The notes beneath the pieces are model-generated. The model was given only the letters and a program-made list of their open reading frames with translations. It was not told the origin of the DNA and searched no databases. Below are positions 26,980 through 40,629 of a DNA stretch of 64,000 nucleotides, piece after piece. Origin of the DNA: Adineta vaga. Lineage: Eukaryota > Animalia > Rotifera. A program made the position numbers and the translations under genes. The stretch is taken from assembly GCA_021613535.1 (NCBI GenBank), contig CP075494.1, positions 13,020,001-13,084,000 on the forward strand. Direction: 5' to 3'. How positions within the stretch are numbered: position 1 is the first letter of the stretch; each line of letters opens with the position of its first letter.

Positions 26980-29189
26980 AACGATAAATTATTTTTCTTT
27001 CTTCTTTTTTTTTCTAAAACATAACAATGGTGATATTTTTGAAAGAATTTAGTTGAAAATATAATGATGTGTAGACAGCAATTTCGAAGGGTGTTGTGTC
27101 ATACATAAGCTCTCAATATAATATCGAGGATTATCTATCTCTTTGAATGGAAAAGAAAAGAAGAAAGCAGAAAGAAGAGAAAATGTCGAGTGGGACGGCG
27201 GTACATTGTATAAAACATTGTAAGAGAAAAGAAAGAAAGAGCGAGATTGATCTCCTATCTCTTTATCCTTTCGTCTGACATCGATGTACAGTGTCGTTCA
27301 TTATTTTCTCTTCCAAGGTTACGATTATTAAGAATGCATGTAACTGACAAAAAAAGATAGTCGACTTGTTATTAATTTCAACTGTCATACGAAGAGAAGA
27401 AAAAACGTTCGATAAACCTGTCTGGACACTAACATCAAATAACAATTCCTTCATTGGCTTACTCGTTTTCGTTCTCTTGCGAGTGTGACATATATACGTA
27501 TAGAAAAAGTGTAAAAGACGAAAGAAGCAAAGTGCAAGCATGTTTTCGTATACGAATCGATACGATTACATCATTTCAATATGACATGTCCAACTGACTA
27601 TGTCAGTAAAGAAATTGATGTCCTCATCTTTTCTTTTTCTCCAAAGAAATGGCAATGGCATGACGCAGTGTGGCGATGTTCGAAGAAAAGAAAGAAAGGG
27701 AGAAAGAAAGAAAGAAAGAAAGAGGGGAAAATAACGAACCAAAATGCTGACCTTCGTGTTCATTTTTGACATCTGTCCATACATAAATATATGTACATAT
27801 ATAGAAACTCAAGAAAGCAATAGCAGTATACTCATCTACTTCAAAAGAGAATGGGCTTCTCTCGTGTGCGTGTGTGTTTGTTGCTGATGGCTAACACAAT
27901 AGTTACCGACAAACTATTAACACATTTTGCAGCTGCTGTTCCTAATGTTGACTGTGTAATAACTGACCTCTGATGAATCCAACTTCTCTATCAAGAAAAA
28001 GACTATCTTTAGTGAGAAGAATCATTTGTACAACCATTGATCTTTGACTTTTTTTTTTAAATGTGTCAATGAAGTATGAATAAGTTTTATATGTACTCAA
28101 ATTCGAACAAGATCAGTCAATATTGATAGAAAAACATCAACGAATAGTCAATCAGTTTATTCGTCTTACTTCCGTCTTCTTATCACACTTCGTAAAATAA
28201 ACAATCGAACCTATTCGATAATGATGGAAAGAATCTCTCTAAATGTATTTGTTGTTTTTTCTCTTTTCATAACTTACACAAGGAAGCAAATGAACTACAT
28301 CGTAGTCATAGAAGAGCTATAACATTTCTAAGGAGAAAAGAACGAGTCGATCTGTTCCCTATAGAAATATCCATATGATTGTCTCTAGTGGAACATTGTT
28401 GGCTCGTCAATGTTTCATTAGTGAGTAGGAATTTAGTATGAGTAAGCTCGTATGCGTGACATCGATTTCATCATCGATTAATGTTGTCAAATTGATTAAT
28501 ATGGACTTTCATCATTCATTTTGACATAGATAATGAGATTATGAAAGATAAGTGAAGGTTCTTGTCAATGGTTTGCATAATAGATAGCTTTATATTTGGA
28601 ATAGATACGAATCTCTGTTCATTGACTGATGTTAAAATTTCATACTTACTTCTTTTTCAACTCAATAGAAGCAATCGATAATATTTGAAAGTGATTTTGT
28701 TCTTTCTTTCGTATTTTTTTACAATGTGAAGATAAACAAACCGTTTTGTGACATATGCTATTTTAAGATGAGAAAGGAACTGAAATTTTTCAATACTGAC
28801 TCAACAAAATCATGATATCTTCTCGCATTACTTCAAATTGTTTGAAACATGAAAAATCATGAATAGTATATATTTTTTTGAATCTACTTACATAGTAGGA
28901 TTTATCTTAGTATAAAGCTTAGCCTATTTGGCATGAATGATCATCATTAGAAGATTCTATTTCAAATCATATAGTACTGTAGGCAAATATTGAATAACTT
29001 CTTGTAAAATACATTATATTCTATTCCATATAATGAGCAAGAATGTATAAATAAGTATATATGTGTAGCAAATAGGAACAAACAAAATTAGCATATATTG
29101 GAAATTAATAAAAAAAGAAAAGAAAACGAGAAAGAGGAACATAGTCACGGCATGGACGGGAAAAGGAATGACCTGGTTATATCATGTTT

Positions 29190-32100
29190 TTATATATTTA
29201 ATTGATATCGTTGCCAATTGTTTTCTAAAAGAAACATATAGTTAGAAGTTTAGAAACCTTATATTAAAGTTTATTTTTTTGTAACTGAAGAGAATAGAAA
29301 AGAGTCGCGAGCGATTTTCATGTTTCTTACCATGTTGGTTTTTTGTTGGAAAAGGTTCTGTGAAAAAAAAGGTAGTGTGGTTGGTCATTTCGCTGATTCT
29401 CTTAATGGATATTCATAAAAAGAAAAAAATATTTACTTACGATTTTCAGTAGCATTGATAGCACCTTGAATAGCAGTTGCCCATTGTCCAGCTTCTCGAT
29501 CTTCGAAACCGTACAACTAGAAAGTAAAAGACAAACAGAGATAATTTTACTTCATTTGAACTATCGATATGATAAAAAGATTCGGAGAATTCTGAATGAT
29601 TTCATCATTAATCTATCAGACTAGATTATATGCATTCTATGAAAGATAATTTACGTGATAATGTTTGGCATTATTCTGTCGAGTTGCCCATGTAAGTTCC
29701 AAGGATGATCCATGTTTTGGATCGTCATACTGAAGTACTTTTGCTCCTAAAAAAATTCATGAAATCATGTTGATAAATATAATTGGAATTCATGTTTCTT
29801 ACCGTTTAGATTAATTGCTTTAGATGGTATTCGATCATGTTCATTTTTATGCATCAATAGTACATTCTTTGATAGAACACAATAGTAACGTTCAACTCGT
29901 TTAAAGAATGATTCTATATTATTTTGAATTGAAAAAAGTTTATTTTAAATATGAATTAGAATCCGACTTACCTCGATTTTGTTTTCGAAGCCATCCTTTT
30001 ATTGTATTTTGATATTGTGAAGCTGGATGCGTTGCTTCATGTGTTGTAACATAAATTGAGGTTGATTCATCATATCGCGTTGGTTTTGTACCTAATTCTA
30101 ATGAAGCTGTTTTATGGGATGGATTTAATGCTTGTTCGGTTTGAGATGTTTTCCGTGGTATTACTTCTAAACTGCGATGTAAATTCGAATTTCTAGCGGA
30201 TAATCCGATACTATTTCCTGTATTTAAATTGTTTGTATCGGGCTGTTTTGATAATGATAAAGATAAAGTTGTTGATGACGATGATAATGAAGCTGAACGT
30301 TGTACTTTATTAGTTGATGTTTGTTGTCGTCTAGTTTGTGCATCAATATCATCGTTTTCATCGTCATCACCATGCATACTTGTGAGAACTTGATCGATGG
30401 AAATTTCTTTTCCAGTTACTCTTGGATCTGAACGACGAACTTCAGATATGTTATAGTATGCTGATGAATTATTTGACTCGCCGGTATTTGATTGATGAAT
30501 CATATCATTAAGACGACTCGAAGCAGCGGGTCGTTCTACTAAAGGTACGGATGTTGCTAATTGAGTAGCTATCGTTGAAGCTGATATGTCTGCTACAGGA
30601 CGTTCTTGATTGCCTGGAATAACTATTCATGATAGGAAAGAGAATAGGTCAAGAAAATGTCGATATTAATCAGACAACGTACTTTTGATAAGTTTTGAAA
30701 CGGTTGGGTCATGTTCATTGCTAACGAATGGTGCATGTTGATCAAGTCGAGGAGCAGGAGTCTACAAAGTAGAAGAATTAAATATGTAATACTTGAGGGC
30801 GAACTTTAACACTATTTCATTGTTTTACTGTATAGAGCAAAATTCGCGAGATCTACTCTCAGAGCTTAGCATTCGATAAAAAATTGAAACTTTGGTTTTC
30901 GTAAATATATGATGAACTGCGGAGGATTTTATTCGCAATCCCTCAAGGCTCTTTCACTTTTATGTCCTGCAGCGAGTAACTATATTGTGTTCGAACCTTT
31001 TTACTTGATCGTTTGCTATTGTCAGTAGTAACGGATGATGTTGTTGAAAATTTTCGATTTCCTGATATGTCATTCAATGTTTGTTGTTGATCGTCAAAGT
31101 CCGATATTTTTCGATCTAAAAATGAGAATTAAATTGAATAAAACTCAATGTTTCCTTCTCTTTCGTTTTTACCAGTTGATTCTTCTGCTTCTGTTGTTAG
31201 ATATTTCTTTTGTTCATGAAATGATAATCGATCTCGAAAATGATCACGTTCTGTTTCAATTTTCGATATTTTACTTTTCAATCGTTCAATAACTTCATCT
31301 TGTTGTCGAATGATATATGTTTGTTGATGAATCATATTTTCAAGATTTTTTAATTTCAATTCCAATTTATCACTAAATTTTTGTGCATCTGTTTCTAATT
31401 GTCGACCAATTTTTTGAACAAGTGTTGTTAATTTCTTTTCAATCATTTGATTTTCATCGGTGGTTAAATGATTTGAATTCGTCATAACAATACCTGAATC
31501 ACTGCCAACTGTTGAATGACGATCTGTTTGAATCGATTTATAAGGCGATAATTCACTCTCCCGTTGTGGAGTTAAATATGATTTCTCGTTGACATTCAAA
31601 TTAGTCGTCGTTGTAAAATGTGGTTGACGATTATGCATTGATAGATTATCAAGAGTTGGACTTGTAAAATGTGTTGAATTAGGTATGGACGATTCAGTCG
31701 GAGGTGATTGTGTTGATTCATATATATGACTGGTGTAACGTAAACCATTATTATATTGAGACGAAAATTGTCGATCAGAATTAATTGGCGGAGATACTAG
31801 ATGATAAAAAGAACATTCAGTATTGATAAAACTATTAGATGAAAGTTGATGAGAGAATTTTAAGAATGTTAATTGATGTTTTTCATTGGTTGAAGTCATT
31901 CTGTAAGAGTAATGAAAGTTTATCTGTTTTCTTGCCTACCAAACAAATTGACTTTGACGATGAGAAGCTATTCGATTGTTAAATTTTTTATGTTATTCAA
32001 GTGCTTTATTTGGTTGAAAAGAATTTCATGACTAAATAGCTTTATAAATCTTCAAAATTAATATCGGTTGTAAAACTGCGGTTTAGATAACGAGTAAGAA

Positions 32101-33531
32101 AATGAAAAAGATTTCAATCCATGCACTGTATATTGATTCTCAAAATGGGAACAAGGACTAAGTTAGTTATTATTTACTTTGATAACCGTTGATATTGATT
32201 TCATTGGGTGTACGACCATTTTTCATTGCAGCAAATTCTTTCAGTGGTGTATATTGATAATTAGCTTGAAACATACCTATGGATGTATTTTCGTCGTTCA
32301 TATGCGAGTTTCTTTGTTGTTGAATACGTTGAATTGACTTACTATCATCCATAAAATGACCTAGACATATAGAAAGACAAATAGTATATGATAAGAGATG
32401 TATAAAAACGAAATAACAAAATTGAACAGGAAAGAGAACATTTGAAAGGGATTTATATTTGTTCATATGATGATGATAAGCATAGATATAGATGAATATT
32501 CGATTGATTGTTCAATCAAACGAAGAAAAAAAAGGAATATTTACCGATTTGATAGATTTTGTGTATTTAGAAATGTGAAACCAATTTTTTTCCTGTCATT
32601 ACTCTATAAGGATTCTTTGTTTTTAACACACTCTTGAAGTGAAGGTGAATGTATAATAAATGAGAAAATTTAAATGAAAAATTACCGTTTGTCTGTGTAG
32701 AATTTTGTTCATCAATATCATTCGATTTCGTTAATTTTTGGGGTGATTGTTGTTGTTGTTGTTGTTGTTGTTTTTCTTCGAAATATCGAATCACATTCAC
32801 AACTGTTGTATCTTTTGTTGGTGTTGCATTTAATTTCGATGGAACATTAGCAAAATCACGATAATCAGCTTCCGAAGCATTCGGTGATTTAATTTTTATT
32901 CCACCATTTGTTTGTCGTTGATGAGAATTTGTTGTTGATTCGGTATTACTATCATCACATTTGTCACAAATAAATTGAGCATTTTCACCATAATGTGTAA
33001 TCATTTCGGGTTTTATGCAACGCCAATGATATGATCCGTCACAAATGCGACCTTCAGAGAACAAAAGAAAGTAAAAACTAGTAAATAGGCAAATAAATTC
33101 AAATCAATATACGAACAGATAAGAATTTCTTCAAAAGAATATAAAAGACGTTTGCAGATATTACATGTTGTTTGTGACGCTGTAGAATTTATTGGAGAAA
33201 TTCCATAGGAATTGATCGGAAGGGCTTTCGTTGATGTTGTCATTAATGAATTAGTTTCGGAAGATTTAGACAAAAGTGAAGATGATCGGGATAAAATTGG
33301 CGGAACTAAACCTAAAGAGAAAAAAAACATTTTTTCTATATTTAATAATACGTTTTTTTTTTCTCCTGAAGAATTTGTCAAATGTTTGGTCTCTTTCGAT
33401 GTTTTTTCATACACTCTCATATCTTCTGAAGACCTACATCGAACTGTCAACTACTACCATAAATGTACACACTTACATCGAACGCGAAGAACATAGTTTG
33501 GCAATTCTGGTAATGAAGTTGAGCTCATCAT
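29190..33531 (-). CDS. Multi-exon protein: PHD-like Zn finger, coiled coil, C-terminal PH domain
   Basis: CNIC...C..RICDGSYHWRC...FICDKC (C4HC3 spacing); coiled coil LELKLKNLENMIHQQ...; PH IKGWLRKQNR...RYYCVL...AINLNG...EAGQWATAIQGAI. Start and internal exons approximate. Confidence 0.7.
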
Positions 33532-35040
33532 TTCACGAAACAAAAGAAGAAAATAAAAAAAAACCGAGAAGAGATGAAATTTTCTTTTTCTATAATATAT
33601 TCGTTTTTACTATTCCTTATCATTAATCTCAATTCATTCCATTCATTGATGAAAAAGAGCATACAATTTTACGACTTTTTTTCACTTGAATGATGATAAA
33701 AATTGCTTTGTAAAGTCGTATAAACGTTCTTATTCGTTTTGAACTGATTTAAACCACATACCTTTTGCAAATATTTGAGACTTACAAAAGATCTGATGAT
33801 GAATTTCGTTCAATCATCAAAATCTATGAGAATGAAACAATATATGATTTATTTCGTTCGATTTCTACCGCGATTTTTCGTTCGTCGATTTCGTTGAGAA
33901 GAATTTTATGTTACTCTTCTATTCAAGTGTTTTTGTTTCTCAATCAATCCTGATTATTACTTTACTTTTACCCTCTGTCTTCATTTTTTTTTCTTTGCTC
34001 AACTACGAATGGAAAATTGTTCCATATGAATCATAACTAGAAGTTTTCACGAGACTTACCATGATCATCTTCATGTGATATGAATGAACAGAATAAAAAA
34101 AGAAAGAAAGAGAGGTCAATGTTTTACGTGCCAATTTCTTTCGCTTCTGATTTTTCGCCTTTTTCTCTTTGTATTCCTTTTCTTTTGAATTAAATATATA
34201 AGAACAGAAGAAGAAGAAGAAGAAATAGAGAATATATAAATGTATTGGCACTCACTATATTACTATTCTTTAGACTTGTACACCAATATATATATATATG
34301 TCAAAAGTAAGAACGAAAACGAAGTAGTATTTATTTTTTTTAAAGAAAGGCAAGCAAACGTTAGAACTACTACTAAATATACCGTATTGTAAAAGAAGAG
34401 AACATATTGAATGGCACTCATGTGCTTTTCGTTCTTTAGTATGACGACCACCTGTTGTCAATCGATAATCGCATATATAGAACTATAGATTGCATCAACT
34501 GAAGGTTCATGTCTTTCTCTTTTTTCATTGTTTGCCCACAATGAAACAGACATACATATCCATTATAAGAATAAAATATGAAACAAAGAAGAAATGAAAC
34601 TTTTTTTCAAAAAAAAAATAAATATTCACTTTCTTCTGACCTTCCCTGTCAAAGTACAATTAACCTTCACTTACCTTGAATAATAATCCAGCAGACAATT
34701 ACTTTTTTTCGATGATGATCGATTTAAACAAAGAAATTTCTTTTTTTTTCCTTTTTTCTTACAAAATATTTATTTATATAGCTTTCTCTGTTTCTATTTG
34801 ATGTGTCATACATTAGAAGGGATTAAAAGTCGTGACTAATATTTGTATATATATATATATATGTATATAAAGATTCTTTTTTCTTTTTATCAAATTTGAA
34901 GAAGGAAAAAATTACATAATAAACATTCAATAATGTCAAAGTAAAGTATAATCCACTTGAAGATTGGTGAAACATTTTACGTTGATAATTCATATATCAA
35001 ACATCGTTTTTACATAATCATAGAAAGAAAAACAGCAAAT

Positions 35041-37528
35041 TTATTCTGGAAGATCTTCATAAGAATTAGTTGTTAAATTCAGTCTTTCAATTTCATTCTG
35101 TCGTAATTCCCGAGAAAAGACATAGAATTCATCCAGTATACCGATAAATTGATTGGATACATCTAATCCATCTCCACCACTACAATTAGCTGTACCACGA
35201 TACATTCCAAGAGTAATTGTCATTGGTTCACCGGAATTATTGTTCAATTTAACTGCACTACTATTTCGACCTTGCCATGCAGTTTCTTTATAAAGTTGTG
35301 CTTGATTTGTTATACTCCAAGTAAATGCAACATGTACCCATCTATTACTTGTCATCGTCGATCCAAGAAGACTAACACCAATATTTGTACTTGTTGCATT
35401 CGGTAGATAAGCAACAAGTCGATTATCATTAGTTCGAATGCCGAGTACTAAAAGGCACGACTTCGAATTAGCAATAGTAAGAAATATGCCTGATTGATTA
35501 TCTGGACGAATCCATATAGCAACTGTAAACGCATGATCGGGTATATCCAAAACAGGAAATGCATTCGCTTCATAATAAGAACCGGATATATTGAAAGTTA
35601 AAGCAGTACGTACTTGACCAACTGTGGGTCGAGCGCCGGCTGAAGAAGCATTTCGACAATTTGGTCCATAATCAAGTAGCAAAGCATTATTAGTAGGTCC
35701 ATCAAGAGGATAATAAGCCGCAACAGTTGCGTCCCATAAAATTTGATCATTGCTTTTAGCTGTTGATGAAATTGATAATTGATCTATTGCACCAGTGAAA
35801 CCAGAGCCGATAGTAATAGTTACATTTGCATTTTGATTCACATCATTTGATACGTATCCTAATTGTTTTTCAACAGTTCCATCAATATAAATACTACTCG
35901 AACCACTCGCCTTATTATAAACAACAGCAATATGACACCATGTATTCAATGGTATGGTTGATGTCGAAACAATTCTATAGTTTTCGTTGATAACAAATGT
36001 TAAACGAACCGATTCGATATTTATTGACATTCCAGAAGAAAATTGAATAAGACTTGCATTTAACGAACCGTTCATCAAAAGGATAAATGCTTCAATGGTA
36101 AAAGTTTGATTGTTGAAATTGAAAGGATTCATTACAGATACTACACTAGAAATTGATCGATTGAACATAAGCGCTTCACCAGGAGCAACATAACCGTTCG
36201 TATATCTTTCAGCTTCTTTATTTATTTTACCATCACGAAGACAATATAGATCAAGAACAGTGTTGTCGAACGAATAGAAAGCGATAGCAATTGAAACAGG
36301 AGTAAAAACACTTATATTACTGTCATACTTTGGTAAAACTATAAAAAGCAAGGATATGCCAAAAGAAAACATAAAAAAAGCATTTTACGTACGTGTTGTT
36401 GTTAATGTTGAAACAGTTTCATCATTCTTTTTACGAGTAGCAAGTAGAGTAGTGAGAAGAACAATAAAAATAACCAAGAGAATTGCTAAAATTCCAGTAA
36501 AAATAAACTTTTTTCGTTTGTACCACGGTCTAGATTTGATAAATTTGAAATTATAAAAACATCTATCCAAAATGTGTGGTGTACTAACCGATTCTTTTTC
36601 TTATCATCAGAAGACAAGCTGTCATCCTATATATAAACATACAGATGAGTAGGTAAAATAATCAATTAGAATTCATTGTACTACTTTATGAAAATGATGA
36701 TGCTGATGACATGGAAATAATTGTGCATCTGAAATAGTGAAAAATATATTTAGTTAACTATGAATTAAAATACAACACTCTACCTGGAAAAGGTGGTTCA
36801 AGAAGAACATGTGGCGGCACTTTTTGTTGCAAATGAACAATATACAAATCAGTTGCCGGATTCAATCGTGATTTCACTTCAAGGTATGTTCCTGGCAACA
36901 GTAATATTTCATCTTCAGTCGTGAAATGTGAATGTGCACGAATCGTTCGACCATTGATTGTTTCAATCGAAAACAATGTTCGTGTTCCAACATTTCCCAA
37001 ATAGAGATCTGATTCAAGGACGCTCAATGATGTTGTGCATGATGAAAAAGCCCACCATGTCACTTGTGCACCAGGCGGATAATCAACACTGTGATCTTTC
37101 CGAACACCACGCCACACTGTTTGATGTGGTTCACATGGTAATTTAGCTAGTGCAGTAAGAAATAGTTTGAGATATCGAAACCATGGTCGAAGTTTTGTTC
37201 GATCGACTTGTTTCAGTGTTCGGTTGAGTTGTGCATAGAGACTGCCACGTGGTTTTTTTGGATCAGAATCCCATTCCATCGTATAGAGATGAATAGCAGC
37301 TGATTCATCTGGTGTTAGACCACCAGTGGGATTTTTCGTATTTTCTTTTGCAATCCAAATGTGTGCTTCGAGACGATCGACTAGATCCAAAAGTGGTTCA
37401 CATGCTTTTTCCAATGGCAATAATGGTTCATGAACATAACCTGCGATAGGTTGTAGCATTTGTTTTGGTTCATCACTAACTCCTAATATATATCGAGGAT
37501 TGCCTGTTTCTACTGTCTCTAACTTCAT
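35041..37528 (-). CDS. ART-TM-2xLamG type II membrane protein, copy A (753 aa by hand splicing)
   Basis: Exons 37528-36784, 36728-36685, 36626-36589, 36529-36393, 36338-35041, all GT-AG and phase-compatible (1,0,2,1). ART motifs TVWRGV, WAFSSCT, TEDEILL; TM FIFTGILAILLVIFIVLLTTLLA after PWYKRKK; LamG-like WCHIAVVY..IYIDG..FTGAIDQL and WVHVAFTW..FIGILDEFYVFSREL. Confidence 0.85.
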
Positions 37529-40500
37529 TTACTTCGATTCATCAAATGCAAAAACAAAAAATTAAATGATATTTGTATCAGAATGATAAACAAGAATTCG
37601 ACCGTGACTGATTTTATTTCATTTACGTGCTCTTCCTACTCAAAAGAACGAGAAAAAATACATGATACAAAACAAATTTATTGTCATTAATTTAATATCC
37701 AAATACGTACGTCAAGGTTATTATTTGTTCTTTAGTGTGAAAAATTGAATTCAACATACTACTGTGATCGATTTAAGTAAAAGAAAATAATAGTGATTCA
37801 TATTTGAAACTCATTCAATATCGAGTAATCAGTATTCATATAGAAAGAGAAATATATTATTTTATTCAATTACGTCTCAAAAATATCGTTAAATAATAAT
37901 TGTCATTAAATACACCTGTGTTTTCGTCATCTACAACAAACTAGCTCTCTCTCGCTCGATAATAAATTTCGACAAAGGTTAAACCAGCTAATCTAAAATT
38001 CAAATATTATTCAAAAAAATGAAATGTTTTTTAAAAATGAAGTGAAATAGTCATATTTACAGATGAAAAGTAATAAAAATATTTTTTTTATATATAACAT
38101 GGATCATCATCTTAATTTGATTATGTTTGAACGAGGACTTGCATATCATCACTTTGTAATTCCCGAGAAAATACGAAAAGTTCATCTAATGAACCCATAA
38201 ACGGTTGAGATGTATTCACTCCTTGTATACCAGCACAATTTGCTGGACCACTATACTTGCCTAATGTAACCGTCATTGGCAAACTATTATTACCACCACG
38301 AACATTATTAAGAGTATTTGCACTGGCAGATACACTTTGAAGATATGTCGATGTATATAGTTTCGCCAGATTTTTTGCACTCCAAGTGAAGGCTACATGT
38401 GTCCATGCATTTAATGGCATTTCTGGACCAATAATGTTCACACCTTCGCCAGTAGCAGTTGCATTTGGTAGATAAGCAACAAGACGATTTCGATCAGTTT
38501 GAAGACCAAGTACAAGTAAACATGTGTACGCATTAGCTATAGTAAGAAAGGCACCTGCTTGAGTTTCAGCTCGTATCCAAAGAGTAATAGAAAATGATTG
38601 TTGTGGCGTTCCTAATACAGTAAATCCATTTGCTTGGTAATAAGCATCAGAATGATTAAAATTCAAAGCATTAAAGTGCCATCCAAAAATTGTTATAACA
38701 CTTGCTGCACTTGCATTGAGACCATTCGGTCCTTTGTCGAGTAACCATTGTTCATCCATGGGATAATATCCAGCAGTAGTAGCATCCCATAAGACTTCTG
38801 ATGGAGATTTAGCTTTTATTAAAATTGATAATTGATCAATACAACCTTGCAAATCAGCACCGATAATAATAGATGAATTAGTATTATTTCCAGAGATGTC
38901 CAATACAACTGAAGATAATGATGTGATGATCGTTCCATCAATGAAAGTTGTAGCCATTTGATTAGATGTATTGTAAACAAAACCAAAATGATGCCATTGA
39001 TCTGGTGAAATTGCGATATTGTTCACAAGGCTGATATCTGACCCTATAGATGCTATCAGAAAACCATTAACGAGATTTAATTTAATGTTTGGTGTTAGTT
39101 GAACAAGCGTTGCATTCATTTGCGTTTGCTGTAACATAAAAAATCCTTCGATAGTGAAACTTGAACTAGTTTCCAAATCGAACGTCGGTTCTATATCAAT
39201 TCGAGTTGCATTGAATTGTGTTAAGACGACGGCTTTCCCATAAGGAACGTAACCTGTTATGTAACTAACGGATCCACCAATTACCTCTCCGTTTCGTCGA
39301 GAATATAGATCATTTATATCTCCATCAAATGCATAGAATGCATCCGCAATAGAAACTGGATTAGGAATCGAACCATTAGGATATATTGGTGCCAATGTTG
39401 CTAAAGATAAAAGAAAAAAAATTATTATCTGTATAGTAGCCATCTGAAATATATTTACTGATCTTATTTGGTGTAGATACTGTACTTGTTTGAGTTTGAT
39501 TTTTATTCTTGTTTCGAGTACCTAATACAGCACCCAACACAATGGCAAGAATGATCAATGCCAATACAGCAATTATGCAAAAAAGAATTTTCTTCTTTTT
39601 GTACCACGGTCTATAATAAAGGAGAGGAACCATTACTGTTTTTGTGATGTAAACATGATAAAATCCTTACGTAGAATCATCATAAAATTTGTCACTCAAA
39701 ACAGACGTTTTGCGCTATAAAGTAAAAAAAACAAATAGTTATAAATTTTTAAATAGAGTATGTTGAATATGAACTGAGAAACTACTCGTAGGTATGAGAG
39801 TTAACTTTTAGTTGGATGAAACTTACTGGATCTCGATCATTTTCTGGTCCTGGAAGAAGTTGAGCACCTATTTAAATCATTGATAAATGTATAAATTGAT
39901 AGGCGATCAAATAGATTCACTCTGAATTATACCTGGAAAAGGTGGTTCAAGAAGAACATGTGGTGGTACCTTTTGTTGCAAATGAACAATATACAAATCA
40001 GTTGCCGGATTCAATCGTGATTTCACTTCAAGGTATGTTCCTGGCAACAGTAATATTTCATCTTCAGTCGTGAAATGTGAATGTGCACGAATCGTTCGAC
40101 CATTGATTGTTTCAATCGAAAACAATGTTCGTGTTCCAACATTTCCCAAATAGAGATCTGATTCAAGGACGCTCAATGATGTTGTGCATGATGAAAAAGC
40201 CCACCATGTCACTTGTGCACCAGGCGGATAATCAACACTGTGATCTTTCCGAACACCACGCCACACTGTTTGATGTGGTTCACATGGTAATTTAGCTAGT
40301 GCAGTAAGAAATAGTTTGAGATATCGAAACCATGGTCGAAGTTTTGTTCGATCGACTTGTTTCAGTGTTCGATTGAGTTGTGCATAGAGACTAACATGTG
40401 GTTGAGTGGCTGCACCGTCCCATTCCATCGTATAGAGATGAATAGCAGCTGATTCATCTGGTGTTAGACCACCAGTGGGATTTTTCGTATTTTCTTTAGC

Positions 40501-40629
40501 AATCCAAATGTGTGCTTCGAGACGATCGACTAGATCCAAAAGTGGTTCACATGCTTTTTCTAATGGCAATAATGGTTCATGAACATAACCTGCGATAGGT
40601 TGTAGCATTTGTTTTGGTTCATCACTAAT
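36784..40629. repeat. Near-identical direct repeat of the ART exon (about 36784-37480 vs 39933-40629, offset 3149 bp)
   Basis: About 400 nt (36822-37222 vs 39971-40371) show no difference by eye; the ORF track reports identical 62-aa antisense ORFs at 36958 and 40107. Confidence 0.95.

Noticed and set aside
35041-36372. LamG ORFs (also 38121-39443) as independent secreted proteins with signal peptides
   Set aside because: The apparent hydrophobic leaders are translated T-rich intron ends; phase-compatible acceptors at 36338 and 39400 link them to the TM exons.
36958-37146. Identical 62-aa + strand ORFs at 36958 and 40107
   Set aside because: Antisense shadows of the duplicated ART exon.
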